IMG/VR virus record: IMGVR_UViG_2974629454_000001
Location: 59,119-123,118 of that record
DNA from: Streptomyces virus LukeCage
Lineage: Duplodnaviria > Heunggongvirae > Uroviricota > Caudoviricetes
Reading direction: 5' to 3' (one strand)
Length of the DNA stretch: 64,000 nt
Under the pieces are notes generated by a model. The model was not told the origin of the DNA and did no database searches. It worked only from the letters and a program-made list of their open reading frames with translations. A program made the translations under genes and the position numbers. Below are positions 1 to 10,002 of this stretch, in pieces; within the stretch, counting starts at the first letter, position 1, and each line of letters begins with the position of its first letter.

Positions 1-2511
1 GCTGAGGAGCAGCGCAATGCATTCCTTGAGCAGGGTATTGATCGAACCGATATCATCACCAATACGAATCTCGTAGCGGACATGATCGGTGACTATCCTT
101 ACCACGCTGGTCTCGACCTTCTTCCTAAGCCGAAGAATGAAGATCCACAGGCGCTGCTTGAAAAGAAGGCTCGTGCTGGTCTAAAGAATCTTGGTCTTGA
201 TGGAGATGAGAAGTATGTCGCTCGTCTCGAAGAGGAACTGAGCATCATCAAGCAGAAGGACTTCTCTGTCTACTTCATCATTGTAGGCAACATGATCAAG
301 TGGGCTAAGGATCAGGGCATTCGTGTCGGTCCTGGCCGTGGTTCTGCCGCTGGAAGCCTTGTGTGCTACACACTGGGAATTACAGAAGTAGATCCGATCA
401 AGTGGGGCCTGCTGTTTTTCCGATTTATCGACATCGGCCGTGACGACTGGCCTGACATCGACGTTGACTTTGCTGACCGTGATCGTGATAAGGTTAAGCA
501 GTATCTTCGTCGTCAGTACAAGCACGTTGCTGAGATTGCTACGATTAACAAGTTCCAGGGCAAGGCTGCCGTAAAGGCTGCCGCTCGTGTATTCCGAGTC
601 CCGGTGGGAGAGGTCAACTCTGCTACTAAGGATGTGGATGCACCTGCTGATAAGCCTGACCTGTTCTTCGATCTGTTTGGCAAGTCTGATAAGGGAAAGA
701 AGTTCACAGAGAAGTATCCAGAGGTTCTTGAGCTTGCTCATCACCTCAGTGGTCGTATTCAGTCAATGGGTAAGCACCCTGCTGGTATCGTAGTAGCGAA
801 GGAAGAAATTGCTCGCTACGCTCCAATCGAGACGGCAAAGGACCCCAACGACGCAAATGCACCACGACTTCCTATCGTTGCGTACGACATGAATGAGGCA
901 GCGGACATTGGGCTGATTAAGCTCGACGCCCTTGGTCTAAAGACTCTGACTGTCATCGACGATGCTCTTGCGATGATCAAGGATCGTACTAGTAAGGATA
1001 TCGATCTGCACAAGATCAATCTGGAAGACCGAAGTGTATATCAGATGCTTGCAGATGGTTACACGCTCGGTGTATTCCAGGCAGAAGGAAATACCTTCAC
1101 CAAGTGGATTCTTGAGGCCGGTGCTAGTGAGTTCAACGATCTAGTCATTGGTACATCAATCGCCCGTCCTGGTCCTCTAAACACTGTTGGTGTTAGCTAC
1201 AAGGCTAGGAAGAAGGGCAAGGAGAAGGTTGAATATGACCACTTCATTATGAAGAGGCACACTGAGGAAACTCTTGGTCTCATCATTTATCAGGAGCAGG
1301 TCATGCTTGCGATGACTGAGCTTGCCGGAATGTCAATGACAGAGGCAAACAAGGTCCGTAAGATCATCGGTAAGAAGCGTGATGCAAAGGAATTCGAGCA
1401 GTACAAGGACAGGTTTATTGAGGGTGCCAGTACAAAGGTTCATCGAGCTGTAGCTGAAAAGCTATGGCACGACTTTGAGCAGCACGCTGGCTATTCATTC
1501 AATAAGTCTCACGCGGTTGTATACTCTATGATCACGTACTGGACTGCTTGGTTGAAGAAGCATTATCCTCTGGAGTTCATGTGCGCTCTGCTCAGGAACG
1601 AAAAGGACACAAGTAAGAAGACTTCAAAGCTGACTGACTATCTCATCGAAGCTAAGCGTCTGGGGATCAAGATCCTTCTTCCTCACGTGAACGCTTCTAA
1701 GGAGGAGTTCAGCATTGAAGAAAACGCAATCAGGTTCGGTATCACCAACGTAAAGTACATTCGTGGAAACACGGGTAAGAGGCTTTTGGAGCATGCTCCG
1801 TACGCCAACTACAAGGCACTCTACGATAAGGTGAACGAGAAGGGCAGTGGACTGACAGTCCGAGTGCTCACCGCCTTGAACGCTATCGGTGGTGCAGCCT
1901 TTGATGACAATCCGCGTACTGGACATGAGCGCGACAACTTCTACGAATATCTAATGATTCCGGCGTTCGGAACTCAGAAGGTCATTCCTAGGGTCATGAA
2001 TCAGTTCAGAACTTTGGACGAATATTCTGGCACTGGAGCCTTCCCTGTTCTTGCAATGGTCAAGGATGTTCGTAGAGGTGAAGGATGGGCACGGGTGGAA
2101 ATGGTTGATGAAACAGGTACGGCTGGTGTGTTCACCGATAAGGAAACTCCTATCGAAGCAGGCCAGATGTATGCTATCCTGGTATCTGACAACCGAGTCC
2201 ACAGGTATGCTACGATGGATGAGTTGATCGGAAAGATCGACACTCCGTTTGTCGAGTATCTGTACGCGAAGGACTACAGTGACATTCCTCCGGGCATGTA
2301 CAAGGTCTTGAGCTTTATGCCATACAAGACAAAGGCAGGAAAGATGATGGCCTACACAATTCTTGCAGATTCTGAAAAGGCTCTGCTTCCTGTGATGGCC
2401 TTCCCAACTACATTTCACAAGGCTTACGGAAAGTGCAAGCCTGGTGCAGTGATCGATCCTGTATTGAAGCAGACCCAAGAGGGCTCATTTTTCTACGACA
2501 ACATTCTCTAG
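1..2511 (+). CDS. dnaE: DNA polymerase III alpha subunit (DnaE/C-family), N-terminus truncated by the window start
   Basis: The reading frame is open from nt 1 with no upstream stop. The motif GPGRGSAAGSLVCYTLGITEVDP and the 809-aa body are typical of DnaE. Confidence 0.85.
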   Translation, partial: AEEQRNAFLEQGIDRTDIITNTNLVADMIGDYPYHAGLDLLPKPKNEDPQALLEKKARAGLKNLGLDGDEKYVARLEEELSIIKQKDFSVYFIIVGNMIKWAKDQGIRVGPGRGSAAGSLVCYTLGITEVDPIKWGLLFFRFIDIGRDDWPDIDVDFADRDRDKVKQYLRRQYKHVAEIATINKFQGKAAVKAAARVFRVPVGEVNSATKDVDAPADKPDLFFDLFGKSDKGKKFTEKYPEVLELAHHLSGRIQSMGKHPAGIVVAKEEIARYAPIETAKDPNDANAPRLPIVAYDMNEAADIGLIKLDALGLKTLTVIDDALAMIKDRTSKDIDLHKINLEDRSVYQMLADGYTLGVFQAEGNTFTKWILEAGASEFNDLVIGTSIARPGPLNTVGVSYKARKKGKEKVEYDHFIMKRHTEETLGLIIYQEQVMLAMTELAGMSMTEANKVRKIIGKKRDAKEFEQYKDRFIEGASTKVHRAVAEKLWHDFEQHAGYSFNKSHAVVYSMITYWTAWLKKHYPLEFMCALLRNEKDTSKKTSKLTDYLIEAKRLGIKILLPHVNASKEEFSIEENAIRFGITNVKYIRGNTGKRLLEHAPYANYKALYDKVNEKGSGLTVRVLTALNAIGGAAFDDNPRTGHERDNFYEYLMIPAFGTQKVIPRVMNQFRTLDEYSGTGAFPVLAMVKDVRRGEGWARVEMVDETGTAGVFTDKETPIEAGQMYAILVSDNRVHRYATMDELIGKIDTPFVEYLYAKDYSDIPPGMYKVLSFMPYKTKAGKMMAYTILADSEKALLPVMAFPTTFHKAYGKCKPGAVIDPVLKQTQEGSFFYDNIL

Positions 2512-2518
2512 GAGCGCA

Positions 2519-2716
2519 ATGGAAGAGGCAGTAAAGGCGGAGGATCTTCTCCGCCTTCTGCTCCTCGCAAAGGGTGATATCGTAATCACCGCAGAGGAGC
2601 TGGAAAGAGCGGTCAATGATCGCACACGTTATTCAGTGGGTCTGAGTCATGATCCGCTTAAGAAGGAATTCACCTTTCACCTGATTGGAAACAATGAACG
2701 ACCTGTCAATGACTGA
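2519..2716 (+). CDS. hypothetical protein
   Basis: ORF track; AGGAG Shine-Dalgarno sequence directly after the dnaE stop; same strand as neighbours. Confidence 0.45.
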   Translation: MEEAVKAEDLLRLLLLAKGDIVITAEELERAVNDRTRYSVGLSHDPLKKEFTFHLIGNNERPVND

Positions 2717-3044
2717 TTACCAGATGGCTGCTGCTGAAACTGGCATCTATCCTGGTCATGGCGAAGCCACCACCGAGGCCATCAATTACACCATTCTTGG
2801 CCTGGTGGGAGAGGCTGGTGAAATCGCCAACGGATTCAAGAAGTCAATCCGAGATGAGAATGGCGTAGTAACTGCTGAGAAGGCGCAAGCGCTAGCTGCT
2901 GAGCTGGGAGATGTGCTTTGGTACGTTGCCAATCTTGCCAGTGAGCTTGGGTATCCGCTTGAGCTAATCGCTAAGCAGAATCTCCAGAAGCTAAAGTCTC
3001 GGGCCGCCCGTGGAGTGATTTCAGGTAGCGGAGACAACCGATAA
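2685..3044 (+). CDS. mazG: MazG-like nucleoside triphosphate pyrophosphohydrolase
   Basis: EAGEIANGF...LGDVLWYVANLA is a MazG/HisE-type all-alpha NTP-PPase motif. Confidence 0.75.
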   Translation: METMNDLSMTDYQMAAAETGIYPGHGEATTEAINYTILGLVGEAGEIANGFKKSIRDENGVVTAEKAQALAAELGDVLWYVANLASELGYPLELIAKQNLQKLKSRAARGVISGSGDNR

Positions 3045-3060
3045 CTGATATACTTGCTCC

Positions 3061-3345
3061 ATGAGCACAGAAGCATATTTCCTCCGGGGAGTCGAAGAAG
3101 AACACCTATTGGTATTCCGAGGCGATGACCCGGAGGAAATTTTGTTTATCATTAAGCGGTTGGCCGCCTGCCGCGATAAGAAAATAAAGGCAATGGCAGA
3201 AAAACTTGAAGAGGAATGGAACCGAAGAGAATATGGAACTGGAAGAGGAGATCCTAGCAAAGCTAAGTCCCAAGGTGCTAGCGCGGGCGAAGATGGGCTC
3301 AGAAGTAATTCTTCAAAAGCAGCCGACCCCAAGCACAGGACTTAA
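3061..3345 (+). CDS. hypothetical protein (C-terminal part overlaps the RecA-like gene in another frame)
   Basis: ORF track; the first ~60 aa look protein-like but the tail is low complexity. Confidence 0.3.
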   Translation: MSTEAYFLRGVEEEHLLVFRGDDPEEILFIIKRLAACRDKKIKAMAEKLEEEWNRREYGTGRGDPSKAKSQGASAGEDGLRSNSSKAADPKHRT

Positions 3346-4237
3346 TGCTGCATTGCGTGGAGGTATCGGCTACGGTCGTCAGACGCTAATCTGGGGCAGT
3401 AAGTCAGCCGGTAAGTCAACCTTCTGCCTGGGAACGCTAGGTCTGGCGCAGGCTGCGGGTAAGAAGGTAGCGTTCATCGACTCAGAGCAGTCCTTTGATC
3501 CGTCATGGGCTGAAAGACTGGGAGTCGACACAAGAAAGTTGATCTATACAGACGTAAAGACGATTGAAGATATGGTTGGGGCCGGTGTCGAATTTATGAA
3601 GGCTGGCATCGATGTTGTAACTGTAGACTCAATCTCAGCCCTATTGTCATCTGCATATTTTGAGAAGGACAAGAAGGGCGATGAGCTAAAGGAACTTAGC
3701 GGAACTAAGCAGATTGGTTCAGAGGCTCGTGAGCTTGCAAATGGTGTAAAGATGCTTAACTACGCCAACAAGAATACAGCACTTCTATTGATCTCACAGG
3801 TGAGAAACAAGATCACAACTTATGGCGCAATGCATCAGGCTACTGGTGGACATGCTGTAGACTTCTTTAGCAGCACGGTTATCAAGCTATGGTCATCTGC
3901 ACGTGAGGCCGATCAGATTCAGGGGGAAGTCTACAATGGAGACATGATTCTTAAGGAGCCTATCGGACGTGAAGTCACCTGGAGCATTGATAAGAACAAG
4001 CTAGGTCCGCCAAACAAGACCGGAAGTTACAACCTATTCTACGATGGTTCATTCATCGGAATTGATAATCTTGGCGAAGCCATCGATCTGGCAATCGCTC
4101 TGGGAATTGTAGAAAAGAAGGGCAACTGGCTTTACTACCAGGACATTAAGGAAAATGGCAAGGCCGGATTCACTGCTGTTCTGAGGGCAAGCGAGGAGCT
4201 TTCCGCCAAGCTAATTGGGGAGGTGGAAAGTGCATAA
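3233..4237 (+). CDS. RecA-family ATPase (Sak4/RadA-like recombinase); start uncertain (TTG 3206, ATG 3233 or ATG 3296)
   Basis: Walker A GSKSAGKST followed by FIDSEQSFDP and a RecA-like core. Confidence 0.7.
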   Translation: MELEEEILAKLSPKVLARAKMGSEVILQKQPTPSTGLNAALRGGIGYGRQTLIWGSKSAGKSTFCLGTLGLAQAAGKKVAFIDSEQSFDPSWAERLGVDTRKLIYTDVKTIEDMVGAGVEFMKAGIDVVTVDSISALLSSAYFEKDKKGDELKELSGTKQIGSEARELANGVKMLNYANKNTALLLISQVRNKITTYGAMHQATGGHAVDFFSSTVIKLWSSAREADQIQGEVYNGDMILKEPIGREVTWSIDKNKLGPPNKTGSYNLFYDGSFIGIDNLGEAIDLAIALGIVEKKGNWLYYQDIKENGKAGFTAVLRASEELSAKLIGEVESA

Positions 4238-4427
4238 TCCTTTCGAAGAAACCCCGGCGCAAGAGAGGCCGATTCAGCCAGGCATTTTGATTGATGGAAG
4301 CTTCTCTTGTATGACCTGTGGTGAAGTGGTTGACGAAGCGGAGTATTTGCCAGTCGATAAGATTCTCGGTTGGCTGTGCTCAGAAGGACATAAGTCCTTG
4401 ATTGAAAACTTTAACCTAGGAGCGTAA
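4230..4427 (+). CDS. Zn-ribbon protein (GTG start)
   Basis: GGAGG Shine-Dalgarno 7 nt upstream of GTG; cysteine/histidine pattern CMTCGEV...CSEGH. Confidence 0.45.
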   Translation: MHNPFEETPAQERPIQPGILIDGSFSCMTCGEVVDEAEYLPVDKILGWLCSEGHKSLIENFNLGA

Positions 4428-4747
4428 TGACAGAGCTGAATGAGATTAAGAGAGACGGCGGAAAAGCTCAAAAGAATTCTGGCCGTGGAAAGATTCAAAA
4501 GGGCGATGCCAAGCTAGGTCCATTCTGTTACGACATCAAGGAGTATGCTAATTCCTTTAGTGTCTCTAAGGATGTTTGGGGGAAGGTTTGCACAGATGCC
4601 TTCCGATCTGGTAGGATGGTACCGGCACTCAAGCTAGTTCTTGGAGCTGGCGATGAGAAGACCCGAGTTTGGGTCATCGGAGACAATATGTTTCACGAGA
4701 TGCTAGAAGCATGGGAGGAGAAGTATGGCGAAGCTAATGAGAGTTGA
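4427..4747 (+). CDS. hypothetical protein
   Basis: ORF track; the ATG overlaps the upstream stop (TAATG). Confidence 0.5.
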   Translation: MTELNEIKRDGGKAQKNSGRGKIQKGDAKLGPFCYDIKEYANSFSVSKDVWGKVCTDAFRSGRMVPALKLVLGAGDEKTRVWVIGDNMFHEMLEAWEEKYGEANES

Positions 4748-4937
4748 GTTTATCCGTCGTGATAATGGCGGATGGATGGTTTACGAGAAGTTTGAAGATG
4801 GAGCTGAGCAGGGCGGCCCGGTGGGATATGAAGAAGCCCGTCACGTCCTTGCAAATGCCTTCGGTGAAACCAATACCGAACCATTCAATATGGATCTAGT
4901 TAAGGAATCAGATGAAGCTAGTAATAACGGTTCCTGA
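4725..4937 (+). CDS. hypothetical protein
   Basis: ORF track; same strand as neighbours. Confidence 0.45.
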   Translation: MAKLMRVEFIRRDNGGWMVYEKFEDGAEQGGPVGYEEARHVLANAFGETNTEPFNMDLVKESDEASNNGS

Positions 4938-5094
4938 ACAAGTATTCGAGTACGAGATTCCAGACTATGTTGCTGAACGCTATCGTGAAATGATGGCTGA
5001 GCCTCACGAAGAATGGGAGGAGCAGGACTTCTGGGATACTTGGACATCTGATACATGGCCCGAAACATATTTGGAGGTAGTTGATGACGACTGA
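4912..5094 (+). CDS. hypothetical acidic protein
   Basis: ORF track. Confidence 0.4.
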   Translation: MKLVITVPEQVFEYEIPDYVAERYREMMAEPHEEWEEQDFWDTWTSDTWPETYLEVVDDD

Positions 5095-5425
5095 GGAAAA
5101 CCCTCTCGTCCTCATTTCAAGGATTTCTGAGTTCCAAGAAGTTCATGAATTCATGGAAGACGAAGATCTTGACAGGGCTCTGCACTATGTGATCAAGTTG
5201 ATGATGAAGCCAGACGTAAAAAACCCGGTGGCAGCACAACAACTCATTATTCAACTACAAGCATATGCAGCCAAGTTTGCCATGATGGCTACGATCTATT
5301 CTACAATCAAGAAGGATCGTGGTGGAACAGTAAATGGAATGAAGAAGAACATCTACTATACAGCCGCAGCCGAACTGGATAAGGTTGTTCAGTCCTTGAA
5401 GTATTCATTCAAGACTCAAGTATGA
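5081..5425 (+). CDS. hypothetical protein
   Basis: ORF track. Confidence 0.5.
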   Translation: MMTTEENPLVLISRISEFQEVHEFMEDEDLDRALHYVIKLMMKPDVKNPVAAQQLIIQLQAYAAKFAMMATIYSTIKKDRGGTVNGMKKNIYYTAAAELDKVVQSLKYSFKTQV

Positions 5426-5448
5426 TACAATGATATTCGTTAAGAGAA

Positions 5449-6231
5449 ATGGATACTATGTCTACAGGACTAATCAAAACAGTGCGGCTAGGGAAGAAGC
5501 TGTCTTTCGACACTAAGAAGTTTCTTTCTATCGTTGAGCAGGCTTATGTCAACTCACGGCCGAAGAGTAAGTATTCCAAGAAGGTTTCCTTTTCTCCATC
5601 TTCTGTAGGCTATGGTGCTGGTACTTGTCCAAGGTACTGGTACCTAGCCTTTACAGGTGGAGAATTCGAGAATACCTTCGACGGACTAAGTGTCGCCAAT
5701 ATGGCTAATGGTACGGCAGCTCACGATAGAATCGAAAAGCTATTTGCTGACGCAGGCGTACTTGAAGAAGCAGAGCGTGAAATCACACATCAGAATCCCC
5801 CAATCAGGGGATTTGTTGATGTTATCGTGAACTTTGAGGGAAAGCGTGTAGTCGGAGAGTTTAAGACAACTCGACAGGAGTCTTACATTCATCGTGAGGC
5901 AACTGGAACGGCTATCGATTACCACAAGGTTCAGGTCCTTATTTATATGCGTGTCCTCGGTCTAGACGAGGGCTTTGTTCTTTATGAGAACAAGAACACG
6001 CAGGAGCTTTTCCTTGTGCCTGTAATCATGGACGAGGCAAATGCTGAATATACGGACTACATCTTCAACTGGATGAACGAAGTTCGAAAGCTGTGGGAAG
6101 AAGATAAGCTTCCTACGCGGCCATTCAGTCAGAAGAATAAGGCATGCAAGTCATGCGCGCTATTCAATCTGTGTTGGAACGAATCTCCAGAAGGCGACGT
6201 TACTAAGGCACCATTGGAGGTGAAGAAGTAA
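5449..6231 (+). CDS. Cas4-like PD-(D/E)XK exonuclease with a C-terminal Cys cluster
   Basis: GFVDVIVNFEG...EFKT fits a D...E.K nuclease core; C-terminal CKSCALFNLC fits an Fe-S/Cys module. Confidence 0.7.
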   Translation: MDTMSTGLIKTVRLGKKLSFDTKKFLSIVEQAYVNSRPKSKYSKKVSFSPSSVGYGAGTCPRYWYLAFTGGEFENTFDGLSVANMANGTAAHDRIEKLFADAGVLEEAEREITHQNPPIRGFVDVIVNFEGKRVVGEFKTTRQESYIHREATGTAIDYHKVQVLIYMRVLGLDEGFVLYENKNTQELFLVPVIMDEANAEYTDYIFNWMNEVRKLWEEDKLPTRPFSQKNKACKSCALFNLCWNESPEGDVTKAPLEVKK

Positions 6232-6513
6232 TTGATTTGCGCCTATGGAGAGTGCGGCAACATGTTTGAACCCAAGACTCATAATCAGAAGTTTTGTAGT
6301 TCAGCATGTTGCCGTAAGGCGACCAACGCACGAATTATGGAAAAGTATTACGCCAGACGTGATCGTAAACGAGGAAAAATACGAACATGCTCTGAGTGCC
6401 CGACTGTTCTTTCCCGATATAACAGCTCAGAAAAGTGCGAGGGTTGCCAGGGAAAGACGCGGCGGGATGAGAGGGCCGAACTTTTGGAGTTGATTGGTAG
6501 TGCCTCTTTCTGA
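6232..6513 (+). CDS. Cys-rich Zn-finger protein
   Basis: Multiple CxxC pairs. Confidence 0.5.
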   Translation: MICAYGECGNMFEPKTHNQKFCSSACCRKATNARIMEKYYARRDRKRGKIRTCSECPTVLSRYNSSEKCEGCQGKTRRDERAELLELIGSASF

Positions 6514-6541
6514 CCTTCACAAGACGAAGGCTCAGAAGGTA

Positions 6542-7069
6542 ATGGGTATCGACTGCTCAACTAAGTCTATTGCATTTACAATCTTCGATGGAGAAAACTT
6601 CTACAGATGTGGAGAGGTTAATTTCAACGGTGAAACAGTTTTTGACAGAACTTATGACGCTCACGTAAAGACTTTGGCACTATTCGAAGAGTTCACTCCT
6701 GACTTTGTAGCAATCGAAGCGGCGATTATGGTTCGAAGCACATCAGTAGCTATCAAGATGGCTTATGTGTTTGGTGCAGTGATCGCTGCATTGCTCAAGA
6801 ATGGAGCGAAGGTAATTGAAGTGCCTCCTATGAGCTGGCAGTCATTTATTGGAAACAAGATTTTGACTAAAGCTGAGAAGGATGCAATTAAGGCTGAGTT
6901 CCCCGGAAAGTCTGCAAGCTGGTATCAGAATAAGGGCAGACAAATCAGGAAGCAGCGAACCATCACCTTTGCCAAGGATAAATTTGGCATCGAGCTAGAA
7001 AGCGATAACGTGGCTGACTCACTAGGAATTGGCTGGTGGGCAGTACAGAACAAAACTAGAAGGAGCTAA
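6542..7069 (+). CDS. RuvC-like Holliday junction resolvase
   Basis: N-terminal MGIDCSTKSIAF matches the RuvC GID.S motif, with VAIEAA downstream; Shine-Dalgarno GAAGGT precedes the ATG. Confidence 0.65.
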   Translation: MGIDCSTKSIAFTIFDGENFYRCGEVNFNGETVFDRTYDAHVKTLALFEEFTPDFVAIEAAIMVRSTSVAIKMAYVFGAVIAALLKNGAKVIEVPPMSWQSFIGNKILTKAEKDAIKAEFPGKSASWYQNKGRQIRKQRTITFAKDKFGIELESDNVADSLGIGWWAVQNKTRRS

Positions 7070-7070
7070 C

Positions 7071-7535
7071 ATGATAGTAGCGGGAACTGGACATCGAGAT
7101 CTGAGGGACCGTGACTGGATTGCTGGCCAAATCGAGAAGGCCCTCATTGATATGGGGGCCTCTCTTGTTTACGTCGGCATGGCCTCTGGAGCTGATCTCC
7201 TAATGGCGAAAATCTCTTGGGGTCTAGGTATTCCATTCATTGCTGCAAAGCCGTGGAGGGGTCACAAGCCTCGCCAGGCCGATGAGTATGACTACGGTCG
7301 AGCGCTTCACTACGCAGACGAGGTTATCAATGTTACCAACTATGACAGCTACCCTGGTGCATGGGTGTACGAGGAGCGAAACCGGTACATGGTTGACAAC
7401 GCTGATGCCTATCTGGCAGTATTGGAAGCTGGTAGGACTGGTGGCACGTACAATTGCGTCAAGTACGCATCCCGCAAGGGCAAGTCAGGCATAATCATCG
7501 ACCCTCTGATGAGGGAGGTGACAAAGCTTGGCTAA
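7071..7535 (+). CDS. SLOG/DprA-like Rossmann-fold protein
   Basis: MIVAGTGHR, GMASGADLL and VLEAGRTGGT resemble DprA/YpsA-type motifs; AGGAG Shine-Dalgarno. Confidence 0.5.
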   Translation: MIVAGTGHRDLRDRDWIAGQIEKALIDMGASLVYVGMASGADLLMAKISWGLGIPFIAAKPWRGHKPRQADEYDYGRALHYADEVINVTNYDSYPGAWVYEERNRYMVDNADAYLAVLEAGRTGGTYNCVKYASRKGKSGIIIDPLMREVTKLG

Positions 7536-7677
7536 GCTATATGAGAGCAAGGCGTGGTTGCAGGAAAGATATCGCAGAAAGACTGCGGCTCAGATTGCTA
7601 AGATCTGTGGTGTCTCTGAAATGACGATCACTCGATGGCTCGCAAAACATAATATTCCAATCAGGAGGAGCCGATGA
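7528..7677 (+). CDS. small HTH DNA-binding protein (49 aa, TTG start)
   Basis: AAQIAKICGVSEMTITRWL is a helix-turn-helix motif; GGAGG Shine-Dalgarno; its stop overlaps the next ATG. It is not in the ORF track because it is under 60 aa. Confidence 0.45.
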   Translation: MAKLYESKAWLQERYRRKTAAQIAKICGVSEMTITRWLAKHNIPIRRSR

Positions 7678-8465
7678 GATATAATTCTCGTCAAGAAGTC
7701 GAACGCGCTGGAGAGCGCGGCGCAAAGAGTGAAACAGATGAGCGAGGCACGCGCTATTGGATGCTAGACAGCTTCTGGATGTATGCAGAAGATGATGACT
7801 ACGCAATGACTCCACATTTTGCAGCGGGCCGGTGCTATTGGGAATCATGGGTTACAGCCTATATTTCTCAAAGGGTAGAGCCAGACGCAGTATTTGTAGA
7901 TGTTGGTGCTAATCTGGGCTACTACTCCTTGTGGGCTGCGAAGCATGGATGCAACGTATTTGCGTATGAACCAAACCACGAATTGTGGATGAAGCTATTC
8001 AACGCAAAGAGACTAAACGATCTAAAGATCTATCAGGGTCACGTTGCCCTTGGCGATAGCTGGGAGCCGGTGGAAAAGATTCTTTACATTCCAGAAGGTC
8101 ATTCTGGCGGAGCCAATATGTATGGTGCCAGTGGTAATTACACAATGCAGCATATGTATGTACAGAGTTTCGATAACGCAGTTCCTATTCCACGAGATTA
8201 CGATGGCACAATCTATGTCAAGATAGATGCCGAGGGCGCTGAGCCAGAGATTTTCGCAGGAATGAAATGGTGCTGGAAGCAGAGATCAATGGTTCTATTC
8301 ATGGAATGGGATCTCACCCGATACGATAAGTCATTTGGTGAAAAGCTTCTTGACAGTGGTAAGGTCAGCCTGATAGAGTACGATGGTACAGCCAGAGAGC
8401 TAGATCTTGATGGTCTACTGAGCCTAAAGGAACTACGAATGATTGTGGTGGAAAACAACAAGTGA
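7674..8465 (+). CDS. FkbM-family methyltransferase
   Basis: VFVDVGANLGYYSLW is the FkbM SAM-binding motif. Confidence 0.75.
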   Translation: MRYNSRQEVERAGERGAKSETDERGTRYWMLDSFWMYAEDDDYAMTPHFAAGRCYWESWVTAYISQRVEPDAVFVDVGANLGYYSLWAAKHGCNVFAYEPNHELWMKLFNAKRLNDLKIYQGHVALGDSWEPVEKILYIPEGHSGGANMYGASGNYTMQHMYVQSFDNAVPIPRDYDGTIYVKIDAEGAEPEIFAGMKWCWKQRSMVLFMEWDLTRYDKSFGEKLLDSGKVSLIEYDGTARELDLDGLLSLKELRMIVVENNK

Positions 8466-9085
8466 TTAAGATCGGAATGACCGGTGCTCAAGGCACTGGA
8501 AAAACATCAATGGCTCAAGCCATGGCACAAAGCCCGGCGTTCAAGGATTTCGTCCTTGTTCCATCAACAGCTAGACAGATCAAGGAATACGGCTACCCAA
8601 TCAATAGGGAAGCGACAGAGCTAAGCCAACTCCTTGTTCCAGTTCTTCGAATGGTGGACGAGTGGGAAACCATGACCAGTCCACAAAACACTCTGTATAA
8701 GCAGGGAATCATTTCTGACAGAACACTGATCGATTCACTGGCATACACCTATTACCAGAATGAATACGTCTGGGAGGATGGTGCACTCATTGAGAATGTG
8801 ACCAGACGACTGACAGAGATGCACATGCAGTCATACCACTTCGTCCTATATTTCCCAGTGTATTGGGAAGCAGAAGAAGACGGTGTGAGAGATGCAGATG
8901 AATCATATAGGAATCGTATTGATGACTATGTCATTCAGTCTCTAGAAATGCTGAATGTTCCCTATCTGACAGTTCCAGATATCTCACCAGAGGATCGAGT
9001 AGAATGGTTCATTGGTGAAGTACAGGAGCTATATGCCGAAGCAGAGAAGCAGTACCTACGCCGATTCGGCAATGGTCTGCTATAA
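8462..9085 (+). CDS. P-loop NTPase (AAA_28/NadR-like kinase family)
   Basis: Walker A GMTGAQGTGKTS. Confidence 0.55.
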   Translation: MIKIGMTGAQGTGKTSMAQAMAQSPAFKDFVLVPSTARQIKEYGYPINREATELSQLLVPVLRMVDEWETMTSPQNTLYKQGIISDRTLIDSLAYTYYQNEYVWEDGALIENVTRRLTEMHMQSYHFVLYFPVYWEAEEDGVRDADESYRNRIDDYVIQSLEMLNVPYLTVPDISPEDRVEWFIGEVQELYAEAEKQYLRRFGNGLL

Positions 9086-9106
9086 TAATCTTGAAAGCGA
9101 GGAGAT

Positions 9107-9427
9107 ATGGGAACACCTACTAGAAGACGTTCCAAGGTAAAGAACCCGGATGCGTGGTGGCAGCAAGCCTACCTTGGAATTGATTACATCGTTCCCGCGT
9201 TTGAATTCGAGCTTGATGGAGAAGTGATCTTGCCAAAGGCACTCATCAAGTTTAAGAACACGCGAGGCACTTACAAGTTTCGATGCGTTGCTACAAATGT
9301 AAGGACTGGAAAGACCTGGATCGATTGCATTAATGCAGACACAGGGGAATGGAAGTCTTTCTATGTAGAGCGCCTAAAGGGACTGGTGAAGCCAAAGCGT
9401 TCACGTAGAAGGAGAAAGGTTGCCTAA
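9107..9427 (+). CDS. hypothetical basic protein
   Basis: ORF track; Shine-Dalgarno GAGGAG. Confidence 0.5.
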   Translation: MGTPTRRRSKVKNPDAWWQQAYLGIDYIVPAFEFELDGEVILPKALIKFKNTRGTYKFRCVATNVRTGKTWIDCINADTGEWKSFYVERLKGLVKPKRSRRRRKVA

Positions 9428-9944
9428 AGAACTAGCAGAGATTGACAGAATTGAGCGAATGAATGAAGTCGTAACTGCATACCTTAAGGGCGACAATCCT
9501 ACCCAGATTGCCAAGATCACTGGGCTTAAGCGCGCAGAGGTGCTTGAATATATTGAAGAATGGCGTGTAGTTGCGCAGAACAACAAGACTATTCAGGCAC
9601 GGGCCACTGAGGCATTGACCTCAATGGATGAGCATTACAATATGATCATCCGTGAACTATGGGAAACCATGGAGCAGGCCGACCTCAATAACGACTTCAA
9701 GCTAAAGGCAACAGTTCTAAAGTCTCTTGCAGATGTTGAAGGCAAGAGAGTCGATCTGCTACAAAAGGCAGGACTTCTCGACAACCAGCAAATTGGTGAT
9801 GAAGTTGTCGAGATGGAGAAGAAGCACGAAATCCTTATCGGAATTCTGCGAGAAGTAACCTCCGACTGTCCTCATTGCAAGGTCGAAGTTGCTAGAAGGC
9901 TTTCCAGAGTAACAGGCAAGACAGAAACAATTGTCGTTCCCTGA
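9420..9944 (+). CDS. HTH protein, possible terminase small subunit (TTG start)
   Basis: N-terminal HTH (IAKITGLKRAEVLEYI) followed by coiled coil; lies immediately upstream of the terminase large subunit. Confidence 0.35.
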   Translation: MPKELAEIDRIERMNEVVTAYLKGDNPTQIAKITGLKRAEVLEYIEEWRVVAQNNKTIQARATEALTSMDEHYNMIIRELWETMEQADLNNDFKLKATVLKSLADVEGKRVDLLQKAGLLDNQQIGDEVVEMEKKHEILIGILREVTSDCPHCKVEVARRLSRVTGKTETIVVP

Positions 9945-9945
9945 T

Positions 9946-10002
9946 CAATAATCCTATATCCTTTCATGATATACTATTCAATATGAAAGGATATAGGATT
10001 TT
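9946..10002 (+). terminator. 18-bp perfect inverted repeat followed by a T-run
   Basis: aatcctatatcctttcat ... atgaaaggatataggatt tttt. Confidence 0.6.

Noticed and set aside
181-2478. Several - strand ORFs inside dnaE (181-744, 1624-1926, 1951-2478)
   Set aside because: They are antisense to a well-supported DNA polymerase gene.
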